Part shown: positions 13,901-26,960 of the stretch, in pieces | Position numbering within the stretch: the stretch's first letter is position 1 | How the letters are laid out: each line of letters begins with the position of its first letter | NCBI RefSeq assembly: GCF_964204645.1 | Contig: NC_134032.1 | Location: 620,001 to 684,000 of the forward strand | Direction: 5' to 3' | Origin: Tubulanus polymorphus | Lineage: Eukaryota > Animalia > Nemertea | DNA length: 64,000 bases | Notes under the pieces: model-generated | Told to the model about the DNA's origin: nothing | Databases searched by the model: none | What the model saw: the letters and a program-made list of their open reading frames with translations, nothing else | Translations under genes and position numbers: made by a program

Positions 13901-16900
13901 AACAGCACATGCCGAAAAAAGAGAAGCCGAGAAGAGGAGTGTCGTCGTGGTTTTATTGGCGTCGTGCCAGCACCGACGACGTCGTTCAACACGCGCCGAT
14001 CAAAGAGAAAGATTCGTCGGGGCCGAGTCCGATATTGAGTCCGATATCGAGTCCGTCGAGTTCGAACCAGGGCAGTCCACAACGGCTGAAACCTCATCGC
14101 GCGTTAAGGTATGGTTAGTCTATTCATTTTCAGGGAAGGGAAACATTTAACTCATTGCTGACTTATTAACCCTTTCAGTGCTGACTTATCAATACCCTAT
14201 AGTGCTGGAGATAATTTGAAAATTCTGAAAAATTCCACCCTTGTGTGTTGCATAACGGGAATACCACTATAGTGCGTCTACACCGCAGTGCAGTGTATCA
14301 TGAGTTACTGATATGTATCACTATGTTTGACCGGTGCTGCCATCTTTCAATAGATATAAATATTGATTACTAATTATATCAATACACCGCAGTGCGGTGT
14401 ACTAGCAAAATCCATCACCGATTTTATACACCGCACTGCGGTGTAGATGCACTGAAAGTGTTAATATGAACGTTAAAAGAATTGAGTGCTGGGGCCAGTC
14501 GCACAGTCGTGACTTAAGTCCAAAAGTTGTCTTAAATCTGTTCTTAAGTTGTTAGATTGGCTTTAGAACTAAGTTGGTCTTGGACTGGTCTTAAGTCTAT
14601 GCCATAACTATGCAACCGGCCCACGGTTACTAATATTTCACCGTGTCTGACACACGGGCGCTGCCAAGAGATTACAACTAATTACTAACGTTTAACGAAT
14701 TGTCGTTTTAATTGTAGACAAGTGAAAGAAGATGACGAATCGACGTCGAGCGAGGCCGAAACCGACGCTTCCGAAATTATCATCACCTCACCGGCTTCAA
14801 ATCAAACCAAGTCGCTTTACAGAAAGTCCGTTCGCTTGACGTCTGATCAACTGGTAAGACTTCATCCAATACTTATATAACCTTAGTGTTTCGCTGAATG
14901 CCCCGATCACCTGATTTAAAACACGGACATCTGATGATATTTGGTTAGTTGTCGTACGGGCATGGACATATAGATTTTAAATGGCGCGACTTAATTCCAT
15001 TGCGAATCAATTGAACAGTTTGAAGTTCTGGGCCAAAGGAAATCACCCGTGTCTCTACTCTAGTGTCTCTCGGAATCGGATGTGCCTTCGAAATGTTTAA
15101 AAAGAAATATTCAGTAAATCGACCTTGTAGTTATTTTGAATATTTTGTCTCTTGTAGAAAAAGTTGAATTTAAACGAAGGAATGAATGAAGTGACGTTTT
15201 CAGTGACGACCGCTCTGCAGGGAACGACGCGATGTTCGGCTTACATCTTCCGATGGAGATTCGACGATCGCGTCATTATTTCCGACATCGACGGAACGAT
15301 TACGAAGTGAGCGTCTAATTATCGCATGGGATATATCAGGGTGGAGCCAGTGACCTGGGAAACTCGACAAATCAGAAAAATCTTGAAAAAAAGTCAGGGA
15401 AAACTGCAGGGAATTAGACAAATTTTATTAGGGGCCGGTTTAATAGACTCGTATTAACTGGTATCATGACAATTGTCCCTGGACAACTGTTCCCAGACAA
15501 TTGGTTCTAGAATCGTATTAACTTCAACCTGGGGGTTAACTTGACTGATAATGAATTGAGTTAACCCCCGGGTATAAGTAATTGATACCAGTCTATAAAA
15601 CTGGCCCCATACCTCGGGGAATTTTGTGTAATAACATGGAGAAATGTGAGAAAACTCAGGGGATTTGTAAATGGGTGGAAAGTGGCCAGTCTCCTTATAA
15701 ACCTTAAACATTAATGAGAGTTTATCAGGAGACAGGATTAGTCTAATTTCTGATGTAAGAATCTTAAAATCGGGATGAAAAGTAATTAAACATGAATAAG
15801 ATATCGATTCAGCGTCTAACGCCATCTGGTGGGATAGCCTCAGGGCGCTGACGTCCTACGTTTATTTTACAGGTCGGACGTTCTCGGACAGATTTTGCCG
15901 ATGGTCGGTAAGGATTGGTCGCAGGGCGGAGTCGCGCATTTGTACACGCGTATCCACGGAAACGGATATAAATTTCTGTATTTGTCGGCGCGAGCAATCG
16001 GCCAGTCGACGATCACGCGCGATTACCTGCGTAGTATACGACAAGGGGAACTTAGTCTACCTCTCGGACCTTTACTGCTGTCTCCTAGCTCCCTTATTAG
16101 TGCATTCCACAAGTACGTATAACCTGTTCATCCCTATCAGGACAATTCCCCCCCCCCCCCGGACAATTGCCCTCCAGACAATTCCCCCCATACATTTGCC
16201 CCCCAGACAATTGCCCTCCCCCCCCCCACCTGAAGTAAATCCTTTTAAATCTGGATTAACACCACCTAAATACATATATCAATAAATTTATCTGAATTAG
16301 TTTTAGTGTTACTTTAGCAGATCAAAACCTTTAAAATTCATCCTCAAGTAATTACAATCCACATAATAAATCAAAAGAAACTTACCGGTAGTTAGTCCAC
16401 TTATTAGCGACTGATTTACTGGAATGAGTTTTAGTGTTTAACAAAGTATTTAGCTAAAGTTAGTTAGCTAGTCTATTTAGTTAGTTCTAAGTTAGTTAGT
16501 CTAATTTATCAGAAGTAGTATCTGTTCTACTTCAGGTTAAAATTCGGGCGGGGGGCAATTGTCCGGGGGGGAATTGTCCTAGAATCTCTGTCCATGAGTC
16601 GACCGGCACTGCTACTGCGGCAAGTGAGGGTCAACCGGGTGTCACTAGCAGATTCTAGCAATTTCTTCTAAATTTCAATTTAACTCAAAGTCAACCTTTC
16701 CGATGAAATCTATCTACAGTAGTAACTACTATAGATAGAAAATCTAATAACTACTAGTTTTTAGATATTCTGTGCTTTGATTTCTTCTTAAATTTCACGT
16801 TCAAAACTGCGTAAAAGGTTAAGTTAGATGTGGGTGTGTTTATATGCAGCAAGCGTGTTAAAAAACTGGAAAATGTTTGCGTGATTTAAGAAAAAAAATT

Positions 16901-18875
16901 TTTTTTTTGCAGAGAAGTGATCGAACGAAAACCTGAAGAATTTAAGATCGGTTGTTTACGCGACGTGCAGGCTTTGTTTCCGGCGAGTAGGAATCCTTTT
17001 TACGCCGGTTTCGGAAATAAAATCAACGTAAGATTTTTTATTATCGCCTACATGTCATACTAAACTTTTAACAGTCATTGAGGTTCGGAAATAGGTCTGG
17101 TGAAAGTCTCGGTATTTTCTGTACTCAATTGTAGAAGTTAAGCGAAGATTTGTCAGTAGCCCTGCTAGCTCAAGTGCTAGAGCACTCTACACCCGGACTG
17201 GGTTTCATAGATATGGAAGAAAAATAGTCCCTGGGAACATTTTGAAATTTGTCAGTTATAACCATGGTTTCTCATTGTTACTACGGTGGTTGTCAACCAG
17301 ATTGAGGATTTATCCCTAGGGATAACTTTGATACTCAGTCTATGAAACCGGACTCTGATTACAAACTTTTTGCTGCTTGGCACAGGTCACGTTTCAACCT
17401 TAATTAAGTCTATATTTAATTCAATTACTGGCAATCATTCAATGATTCAAGGTCTCAGTGAGTAGCTCGGTGGGATAGGGCATGACTCACCATCAGTGCT
17501 GAGTGACTAGTGGGCTCGAGTTCTGCTGGCTGCTTACTACGTGCGGGCAACACTTTAAAGGCCACCGTGTCATGAGGTTAAATGAATAATCCAATCCGGT
17601 TAGTCTCGGGAAACCAAGATCTGAACGACATAAAGCAAGATAAACAAACATCTTGTTAGATCTGATTTTTTACTTTTTTATTCGATCAGCTGAAAACTAA
17701 AACATCAGAAAACTCGAAACCTCGCTAATTAAACTAACCTTATCGTGAATTTTTTACCGAAACCGATTATGTTTTGACGTGTGCTTTGTAGGATACATGG
17801 GCGTACCGCGCGGTTGGGTTACCTATGACGAGGATATTCACGATAAACCATCGCGGTGAACTACGCCATGAGTTGACGCATACATTCCAATCATCGTAAG
17901 TATAACCGATTCAGAAACCGGTTCAGCATCCTTAAAAACTCCTACGCTGAAAATGCTTTCAAAGTTGCTTGAAATTCCTCTCTAAGTTGAGCAGAATTCC
18001 TGAAACGCCTTGAAGACTCCTTCGATTTTGAAAAATTGGCAGTTAGAAATGTTTAGTAGATCAGTTCAGTTGGGACCTAGATTTATTTCATTACCCAATT
18101 AGGCGGTTACTGAATAAGAAACCGAGTGTGTAGTTAGTGTGAAGGATAAAATAGAACGATAACCACACTCAAACGTGGTGAATGAATAATAAGATAAAAA
18201 CCCACTATCTACAGATTAAAAGAATTTAAAAACAAGAATTTATTTATTCAATCTAAAATATATAGAATACACGACGTTGATCTCTAGGGTGAAACGTTGT
18301 GTCTTATATATATATTTTAGATTTAATAAATAAATACTTGTTATTAAATTCTTTTAATCTGTAGATAGTGGGTTTTTATCTTATTGTGAAGGATATAAGT
18401 TTGTTTACAAAACCACTGAATTAAATGGTTTACTGAGATAAACAGTTCCGATTTAGGAGGAGTCTGCAGTAATTGGGACATGAAAGTGATGCAGACGCTT
18501 CTTTGAAATATGAAATTTTCTCCTTTAAAACTCCTTGACAAGTCTTAATATCCTGGAATGATCTGCAGGGTTCAGGGATCTGCGTGTTCTACAGAACTCT
18601 GCAGGGACCGTTAATGCGTCCTAATCTCGTAAAATGAAGTCAACTTCAAAATTAAAATTTTTTTTTTTTCAAGGTACTGGAGTCTTAGCGACGTAACCGA
18701 TCACTTCTTTCCTCCGCTGCATCATTCGAAAACCTCGGGCGAGAAAGAACCGACCGGCGACTTCCACGCGTCCGATGAGTTCAGCACGTTCACGTATTGG
18801 CGCGAGCCGATCCCGGAATTAACGATCGACCTTGAACCGTTCGCGGACGACGACACAAACGCAGCTTCGAAATAA
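6109..18875 (+). CDS. LPIN: Lipin (phosphatidate phosphatase, LPIN family), 15 coding exons, ~1014 aa
   Basis: Exons: 6109-6288, 7338-7436, 10032-10921, 11050-11225, 11593-11743, 11935-12072, 12540-12704, 13281-13350, 13879-14108, 14718-14853, 15158-15306, 15873-16112, 16913-17027, 17792-17895, 18674-18875. All introns are GT-AG with consistent phases; total 3045 nt. Motifs: N-LIP (MNYVG...[25 protein letters not shown]...[13 protein letters not shown]), polybasic [41 protein letters not shown] (SICGGL...YYNWQVAGP), HAD catalytic DIDGT (15284-15298), LxxIL motif LGQIL, YAGFGN, C-terminal FTYWREP. Confidence 0.97.
8633..9672. repeat. 34-bp minisatellite (TCCACCTGTATCCACCCTGACTATTACTCCTCAA), ~30 copies, in lipin intron 2
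   Basis: Period of 34 read directly (8761 to 8795); interspersed GCCGCCCG variant units. Confidence 0.97.
14170..14460 (+). mobile_element. piggyBac-like MITE (TTAA|CCCTTTCAGTGC ... GCACTGAAAG(G/T)G|TTAA)
   Basis: TTAA flanks and CCCT termini are the established piggyBac signature; internal TACACCGCACTGCGGTGTA palindromes. Related same-orientation copies at ~9672-9926, ~12085-12342, ~12400-12468 and ~5920-5966. Confidence 0.8.
14491..14622. mobile_element. MITE GGGGCCAGT(C/T)GCACAGTCGTGACTTAAG ... ACTATGCAACCGGCCC
   Basis: Terminal inverted repeats; a second full copy at ~37632-37771. Confidence 0.75.
15431..15608. mobile_element. Palindromic MITE (GGGGCCGGTTTAATAGACT ... AGTCTATAAAACTGGCCCC)
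   Basis: Terminal inverted repeats visible. Confidence 0.65.
16139..16580. mobile_element. MITE with C/G-run TIRs (AGGACAATTCCCCCCC ... GGGGGGGAATTGTCCT)
   Basis: Terminal inverted repeats plus subterminal GACAATT(G)CCC repeats. Confidence 0.7.
17453..17650 (+). mobile_element. tRNA-derived SINE (degenerate)
   Basis: A-box-like TAGCTCGGTGG, B-box-like GGCTCGAGTTC, and an A/C-rich tail (...ATAAAGCAAGATAAACAAACA). Confidence 0.55.
18188..18384. repeat. Long fold-back (inverted repeat) element in lipin intron 14
   Basis: AATAAGATAAAAACCCACTATCTACAGATTAAAAGAATTTAA ... TTAAATTCTTTTAATCTGTAGATAGTGGGTTTTTATCTTATT; a diverged relative lies at ~12725-12865. Confidence 0.8.
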
Positions 18876-19034
18876 ATTCGAACATCAAGTCTTCGACCGG
18901 AGAACGGTGGCTTTACTTGTATCTTTTTCCCCGGTACGCGGCTTCGCGCCTCGACGCTTGCACGGGCCTTAACTTAACCTTCTGTACACCCACTTCATAT
19001 ATTCCTGGATCCACCCTTTGTCAAACGCTCTTAA

Positions 19035-19373
19035 CCCTTTCAGTGTGTCTACACCGCAGTGCGGTGTATGAATCAGTGATACATTTTGCTATTTTTGAAA
19101 TATGACGCTTTTTATTAAGATAACCAGACAGTAGCTTGCTTTGAATTACGACTAGTACACGGCACTGCGGTGTATTGATGTAATTAGTCATGTCTAATTA
19201 ACTCTCAGCACCAGTCAAACATAGTGAAATATTAGTAACTAACGATACACTGCACCGCGGTGTAGACGCACTATAGTGCTATTCCCGTTATTCAACACAC
19301 TAGGGTGGAATTTTTCAGAATTTTCAAATAATCTCCAGCACAATAGGGTATTAATTAGTCAGCACTGAAAGGG
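19035..19373 (-). mobile_element. piggyBac-like MITE, inverted copy just downstream of the lipin stop
   Basis: TTAA at 19031-19034 and 19374-19377; reverse complement of the 14170-14460 element. A short derivative lies at 19662-19801 and a degenerate copy at ~20180-20700. Confidence 0.8.
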
Positions 19374-21369
19374 TTAAAGAATTACGATATATCCTTGCAA
19401 AAGAATTTAGCTTTTCCGTGTGGTTCTAAGTGTGAAATGATTAATCAACCAATTCTCGATGTTTTCAATGTTAATAATGCAGTCAATTAATTCAGTATTA
19501 TCAACAGCATCCATGATACAATAATTAGTGTAATTAATTAATATTCTATGTGAATGTGTAATAATGATAATCGAATTAATATTCACAGCAGTCGAACCGG
19601 TCTAATCAGGATCAGTTCAGACCGATAAAATGAAATTCATCCATTTTATCAGAAATCCAGATTAACTCTTTCAGTGTGTCTACACTGCAGTGCGGTGTAT
19701 AAATCAGTGATGTAGATATTGCGGTGTATTGGTGGTACAAGCAAAATGCATCACTGATTTGTGCACTGATTTGTGCGGTGTAGACGAACTGAAAGGGTTA
19801 AACCGGTTTAGACCATGAATTACCGGTAAAGCGTGTTGTAAACTATCCTGAATGGAATTATTTGTTTAGTTTTCGTACGAACCTCTTTAAATCAATCGTT
19901 TAATGATTCGATTATTTTTTCTATCGATCGATAGTAAATTTGTACTTAAGAATTATTGTTTATATCGAAAAATCATCGAATATATATTTGTTATTATCAA
20001 CGTTGTTTTGATGACTGATGCTTTAACCGAAACCGGTGTCGTTTGACTTTAAAAATAAATATTACAGAATTATTTCTCGGTGCACAAAAAAATGGTGATG
20101 ATGGTTTTGTTACCGAATGACGATAGCTGCAAACTGTCACAAGGGTCAAATTGAAAATTCTCTTTCAATATATGATATTAAACCTATCGGTGCATCTACA
20201 CCCTAGTGCGGTGTATATATAGGTGATTGGCTTTGCTAGGACATTGCTGGACTTTGCATCACGGTGTTTTGATGTTATTAGTAATCAGTTTTTATATCTA
20301 TCGAAAGATGGCAGCACCGGTCGAACATTGCCAATGCACTTAAACGGCTTGCCTGCTATATACACCGCACTGGAGTGCAATTTTTCATTATGGTCGAGAT
20401 ATCAGCTGCCTTCTAGTCGAAGGAGCTATTAAACTGTCGGCAACCCTTTCATTCGCGGTGCGGCGTATCAATCGGAGTTTGACTTTGCTAGTACACCGCA
20501 TCACGGTGTATTGATATTATACTCTGTTGGAAGATGGCAGCCCCCGTCTAAAATCGAAGGACAGTTAGTTATGATACATTGCACCGCGGTGTAGATGCAC
20601 TAAAGGGATACACCCGTTATACAACACATTGGGGTGGAATTGTTAAAAATTTAAAATTATCTTCAGCAATTTTGGGTATTAATGAGTCGGCACTGAGACG
20701 TTTAGGAGGAAATAAGAATAGATAGAGGTTATTTTGCGTTTTGGTGCTGGTGCTATTGTCGTTATGGCACCTCCGGGTCCTACCCCAATAATACGTGTAA
20801 ACTGGTCTCTTTGATACAATCAGGTTTGAATCATATAACTCAACAAATTGAACGTAATGTCACAGCCTACTCATATAGATGCATAATGATGAAATTAATT
20901 AATAGCTCAACTGTATTTGACAATGTAATCGTAGGCCGAGTACTAACCGGTTTAATTGTTTTTATATATGTTATTTTAATGTATATTTGTAAACACGCAA
21001 ATTACTACATGTATCTTAGTTTAAGATAAGCTCCTCAGGTTTTGTTTGTATAGAAGTTTTTGACACTTGTCCACGAGAAAATCGCGCACAGCAGTCAAAT
21101 CATTGTCACCCGATAATGATTATTATTGTTATGCTATTTTGGTCTCAGAAAACACGGACTGGTATTAGAGATGCATAATATAGCCGCTACACGACTTGGG
21201 CTGTCTCTTCGTTAGGGCGTCTATAACTCGTGGTTATTTAGTATCTTGTCTATTGATATTGCTAGGACTCTCCACTCTTAAGATCGATGAAGGTTTGTGA
21301 TACAGTAATAATATCGAATACCGAAATACCAGTAGATTTGATAGTAAAGCCGGCGTTTGCCGTCCCAGG

Positions 21370-21740
21370 ACTTGTTTGCCTAGACTCCTAGCCTAGTTTA
21401 ACCCAGGGTCTCTTAGATTACTCCAGGGACTCCTAGTTTACCCCAGGGTCTCCTAGATTACCAGGGGCAGACTCCTAGTTTACCCCAGGGTCTCCTAGAT
21501 TACCAGGGGCAGACTCCTAGTTTACTCCAGGGACTCCTAGTTTACTCCAGAGACTCCTAGTTTACTCCAGAGACTCCTTGTTTACCCCAGGGTCTCCTAG
21601 TTTACTCCAGGGACTCCTAGTTTACCCCAGGGTCTCCTAGTTTACTCCAGGGTCTCCTAGATTACCCTGAGCAGACACCTAGTTTACCCCAGACTCGGGC
21701 AGACTCCTAGTTTACTCCAGGGACTCCTAGTTAACTCTGG
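21370..21740. repeat. ~20-bp minisatellite (ACTCCTAGTTTAC(T/C)CCAGGG)
   Basis: Directly visible tandem copies. Confidence 0.9.
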
Positions 21741-23513
21741 CAGTCCAAAGTTTTCTGATTGGTCAGTGTCAAAACAGTGTTGATATTTTTATTCTGTTAT
21801 GGATTGTTTTATGATTACAGTTTGTGTAAAGTGTTGATATTATGTTTGTACATATTTTGTTTTGTCCTATGTAATTTTAACGTAATTTTCTTGTATTTTA
21901 TATCGATGATATAATTGTATTTGGTCTCTCAACATTAGACACACACGTTCGTTGTGTAAAGCCTAGCCTACATCGACACTGCGATTGGAGACAACTAGTT
22001 GCCGGGCAGTTTTCGGCGCATGAGAGCAACTGGCTGGATACAATCAGTGTGAGCTAGCTTACGACTGGTTAGCATCCATCAATCTCCAGTTCCAGCCAGT
22101 CACCCATATTCTAATTTTGAGCAACTAGTTGTACTCAGTTACTGTCATATCCGTCGATGTGAGCGCTCCATAATCAAAAACACATGGTTGGAACTGACTT
22201 AAACAAAGCAGTCTGTCACATGATTCGAGATGCCCTGAGAATATTTGCTAGATTACACTTCTCAGTTGCTGTTGATGTGTGCGCTATGGACCTAGCGACT
22301 GGCATGAACCACGTAGTTGCTGGTTTTTATTAGATGGGTACTCGCTCACTAGCAACTGGCATGAACCACACAGTTGCTGGTTTTCATTAGATGGGTACTC
22401 GCTCATCAGCAACTAGTTGTCTCCAGTTCCTTTGTCGATGTATGCTTTGCTTAAGGTTAGTTTTTATGGGATGATATTTGTTGAGGATAGCTAGTATATG
22501 TCCTCGGGTTATGACAATAGCTGATAAATTTCCAGTGACCCCAGAACTGAGTTCGACTGAGCATAGAAACAAATTGTAGCGCTGTCGAACTGCTTCATGC
22601 CATCGTTATTGAATTGGAAATTTGAATTCAGAAATAGAGACACGACTTCATTGTCTCAGTAAAATTGAATTGGAATAACAAATTTGGACTCAAAAATAGA
22701 GATGACTTTAGCAATGTGACGACTTATGCAAATGATGACTTACACTTAGTAAATTGGATAAGAAATGCAAGTTGAGACTCATATATTGAGATGACTTCAG
22801 CATTGTGACGACTTATCCAAATGATGACTTACACTTAGTAAATTGAATTTCAAATTCAAATTGGTTTTCTACAGACTTGGCTAAGAAAGAAAACTGACTT
22901 GTCAGTTACATAAAAACTAATCCAAATGACGACTTACATTGAGTAAATATTAATTTCAAATATTGGACAACTTCAGTACTGTGAGTACTAACTAGCCTGT
23001 CCCACGAGATGTGAAACAAGCGCTTTAAAAAACCGTTCTAGCCTTTATCTTATTGTACAATAACCTATTAGTGTAGGTGTTTAGTGGAGGATAGTTTGTG
23101 ATGAGTTCGCTGGGGTCGCTTCCATAGTCGAGACTCGAGACCAAAAGTGGTCTCTTAAATCTTGAGATTGGTCTCAAGTTGTAATTATTGGCTATAAAAC
23201 TATAAAGTAGGTCTTAGACCTGTCCTAAGTCTAAGCCCTGACTTTGGAGCCGGCCTCAGGACCCAGTTCCGCAGTTTCGATTTCAGATTATGATTATATT
23301 ATCGGTTCGTTTTCAAAATGTTCAAACTCAAAAATCTCTGGATCCTGTTTCGTAAAGTTTGATCGTTTTTTGAACCTCGGTCTTCCTGTGCGTGCGCAAG
23401 TCGACACGTTCGAATATCTGCTGTATTTTTTACGCGCTGTCGGGAGATTTATTTTTTAAATTCATACGTGACGTGTAAGAATCCGTTAGAAATCAGACCA
23501 ATCAAAATGCGTG

Positions 23514-23697
<184 letters not shown>

Positions 23698-24389
23698 GTT
23701 ATGTACATATCTCGCTATTGTTTATTACTATTTTCAACGATCCTGATCCACGAAACTATAGAATTATTTCATCTAAAATTCCTCGAAACCGATTTGCGTT
23801 TTATGGGTTGAATTTTTTCTTGTGTTGAATAAAATAATCTGTAGCCTGTAGAATTTGTATTGTAATTTTTTCTTGTCAAAAGCATTCTGACTTAGTACAA
23901 GCCTGGAGCCACCCCTTCAGATAATCTACAGCCTGAATAGACTGGTTACCGGTCTCTATCTTTAATTAGACTGGTTGCCGGTCTCAGACTATTCTGACTG
24001 CGAATGCGTGTGTAGACTGGTCGCCTGTCCAATTCTGCGCCACCTGCATTCGCAATCAGAATAGGTAGAGTCCGGTAACCAGTCTACCGGTCTATAACTG
24101 AAGGTAGAGACCGGCAAACCAGTCTAATTAGAATTTCGTCTACAATTTCAGACATGTTCGGTTCGAATCCCATAATTAGTAGCTGCCGAAGTTTTCCGGC
24201 CGTAAGCATCAGCGGGACGGCCCGGCCAATCAGCGCGCACCATCCGATCGATTGTTCCAATATCATAAATATCTCGATTACATTCATAAGTAACATTACA
24301 ACTATCTGTCACAGGGATAGTTAGCTAAAAACAGTACTCATTGAGTTTATATGATATAACACTATTTCAGCTCAAGGATCAGAGGCAAT

Positions 24390-26960
24390 ATGCGTGAAAC
24401 GGGAGGAATCGACCGATACAAGATGGATCATAAACACCGAGGCCTCGCTCTTATTATATCAAATAAGGAATTTGACAAACGAACTGATCGCACTGATCGC
24501 AACCAACCTAATTTGACTCGGGAAGGCACAGAGTCTGACGTGGAGTCTTTACGCGAGGTGTTTAGTGATTTAGGCTTCAAAGTTGTCGTCCATGAGAATT
24601 TGACTGCGGAGGAAATGAAATCAAAAATGTGTACAGGCAAGAATAAGAGAGAGTTTTATCATTATGGACTTTCGCTTTAGCGAAGTCATTTTAATCGCGT
24701 ATTAAACTTTCTAAGGGGAAAATCATGATTTTGATAATTTAAGTAATCCATATCATACAGAAAGTGATATTCATGTCATAAATCAGTTTTTTGGTTTACC
24801 ATTGTCAGCGATATGAAGTTGGCATCGAGCAAATTTTGTAAAATCGTGGTAAACTTTTTATCTGAGCATATATTGGTTCTCGGCCTAAAGGACGTATAAT
24901 CGATGCGATTGAAGTCATGGCGAACCTCCGTCGATGGCATGGTCAACTTTGTTAAAATTCTACGAAAAACTGTTTTTGGTGGGAAAATTCCTAGCTCTTG
25001 CGCCCTGAACGAGTATTTGTGCGTGAGTTAAAATCCCCCAACAACTACTACACGGTCGTCTAACTGATGGGCGAGTATCTCGCAGCTTAATTCATTACAG
25101 AAATCGATATAAGATTATGAGTATTACATGACAGTTTCAGTTTCATTTATCTGACAAACCTATGATAATTTATAATACAAAAACAACTAGTTATAACGTT
25201 ATAACATAAGTTTGTCAGGGGATTCAAAAAATCCGTTAGGATTGTCCAGTTGAATCCCCGACATGTAGACTAAACATAAATAAATATCTTGTTCTAACAT
25301 GAAAAATTCATTAGATAACTTGACCCAAAGTACGTCGTGGGTGCTATCAATTTGCAAAAGATTTATACCTTCTTGGAGGTTAGATTTATATAAAAATAAT
25401 AGTCCACCAGAATTTCTCCGCGCGCGCCGATGCTGTTTCCTCACATTATGATAAAAGCTATATCCGTTTGGTAGGTACATTTCACTTACTATCCGCTCAT
25501 CCGCAGTTATGTTCATGTTTTCCTCACTTATTCCGTTTCACTTGGTGTCGGTTGATCCTTATACCTCATCTTTCAATATCGGTTGATCTAAAATATGTTC
25601 TGACATATCGATATCAACGAACACTCTGTCCCGCTGATAAATTTTTGAAATGTTCGAACAATGACTAGGCTAGGACGCTCACTCAATCACCCTTGAATTT
25701 TCTCCAGATATCTCTAGGATGACACGAGTCAATAGCGTATAAATAAATAACTTTAGAAACTTATTCCAAAACATTTTCTGCTCGCGAGTCGACGCGACTA
25801 TGGATTTTTCGGTTAACGATAATTTTATTAGTGATGCACTTGGCGTGTGTCCGAATTCGATACAGACTCCAAATTTGATTTTATGAAAATAAAAAAAATA
25901 TTGTAATTTTAACAAGGGGCCTGCTTGTTGAATAAATTAAATGAGACTAGATATGACATTTGATAAGATAATCGAATGATTTGAATAGGCAAATATTTCT
26001 TTTGCTACAGCGTAATAAATTTGAATACAGTTAACAGTTTGAATATTAACGATTCATTGTGTAGCCACGATTTTGGATAATATGCTAATGTAAGGATTTT
26101 CTTACCGAATTTGTGCCCATATGAAATATGTTTACATCATGTCCACATACAAGCCAAACCAATTCCCAACCTCATCTACACGGATATATAAGTTTACTTA
26201 TACAACAACTAACCAAGTGTATCCGTATCCTCAAACAAAATCAGTGAAGCCTACAGGAATATCACATATAAAAACTACCTAAAGCTACCTAATTGTTTGT
26301 CAAGTTGTAGCTTTTGTGGTGCATTTCAAGGTATATATTTGATTGCCGTATTTGTTCAGCAGGGGGCATTGAGTATTAAGATTGTCAAGCATTCACTTAG
26401 TGGACTGTGGTATCCTTGATCGCTAGTTCAAAGGGTATATACATCGTGACCAAATGTGCAAACAATTAGCCTTTTTACAGTTTCCAGGCGCCATTTTTTG
26501 GGTACCCGCCGGGTCAGCATTGTTGAATTTTTTGTCCCTATTCTTCTCCGGTTTAATCTTTTTATTTCGTTCATATCTCTGGATTTGATTAAGATAGAAA
26601 CAAAGATAAAATATCGATGAACTCGGCTGATAATAAACTTTTTTTAATGATATCACTCATTTATTAAGTTAACGCAAGAATGTGCGCTGGTGAAGTAATA
26701 AACATTGATATCGTCTTCCCGATAATTCAACTTGCGAAATCGAAATTGAAAAATCTAAATTCTGCAATTTTTCAGCTGCCGCAGATCCTATACATGGTGA
26801 ATCAGATGCCTTTGTTTGTGCGATACTTAGTCACGGAGAAAAGGGTGACAAGGTTATGGGAAAAGATTTTAACACTGTTCGTGTTGAGGAACTTATCGAA
26901 CCATTCAAAGGCAATGCGTGTAAAGCTTTAGTCGGAAAACCGAAACTATTCTTTATTCAG
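24390..26960 (+). pseudogene. Caspase-3/7-like gene fragment (p20 only; no ACxG exon or p10 found): truncated gene or pseudogene
   Basis: Exon 24390-24636 encodes RYKMDHKHRGLALIISNKEF...REGTESDVESLREVFSDLGFKVVVHENLT. Exon 26776-26960 encodes DAFVCAILSHGEKG...FKGNACKALVGKPKLFFIQ. The catalytic His (SHG) is present, but no exon starting AC(R/Q)G was seen before the next gene. Confidence 0.8.
25199..25516 (-). mobile_element. Non-LTR retrotransposon (LINE) AP-endonuclease fragment in the caspase intron
   Basis: Translation GYSFYHNVRKQHRRARRNSGGLLFLYK...VLWVKL...DIYLCLVYM matches the typical LINE APE motif order; truncated, with no RT seen. Confidence 0.7.
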
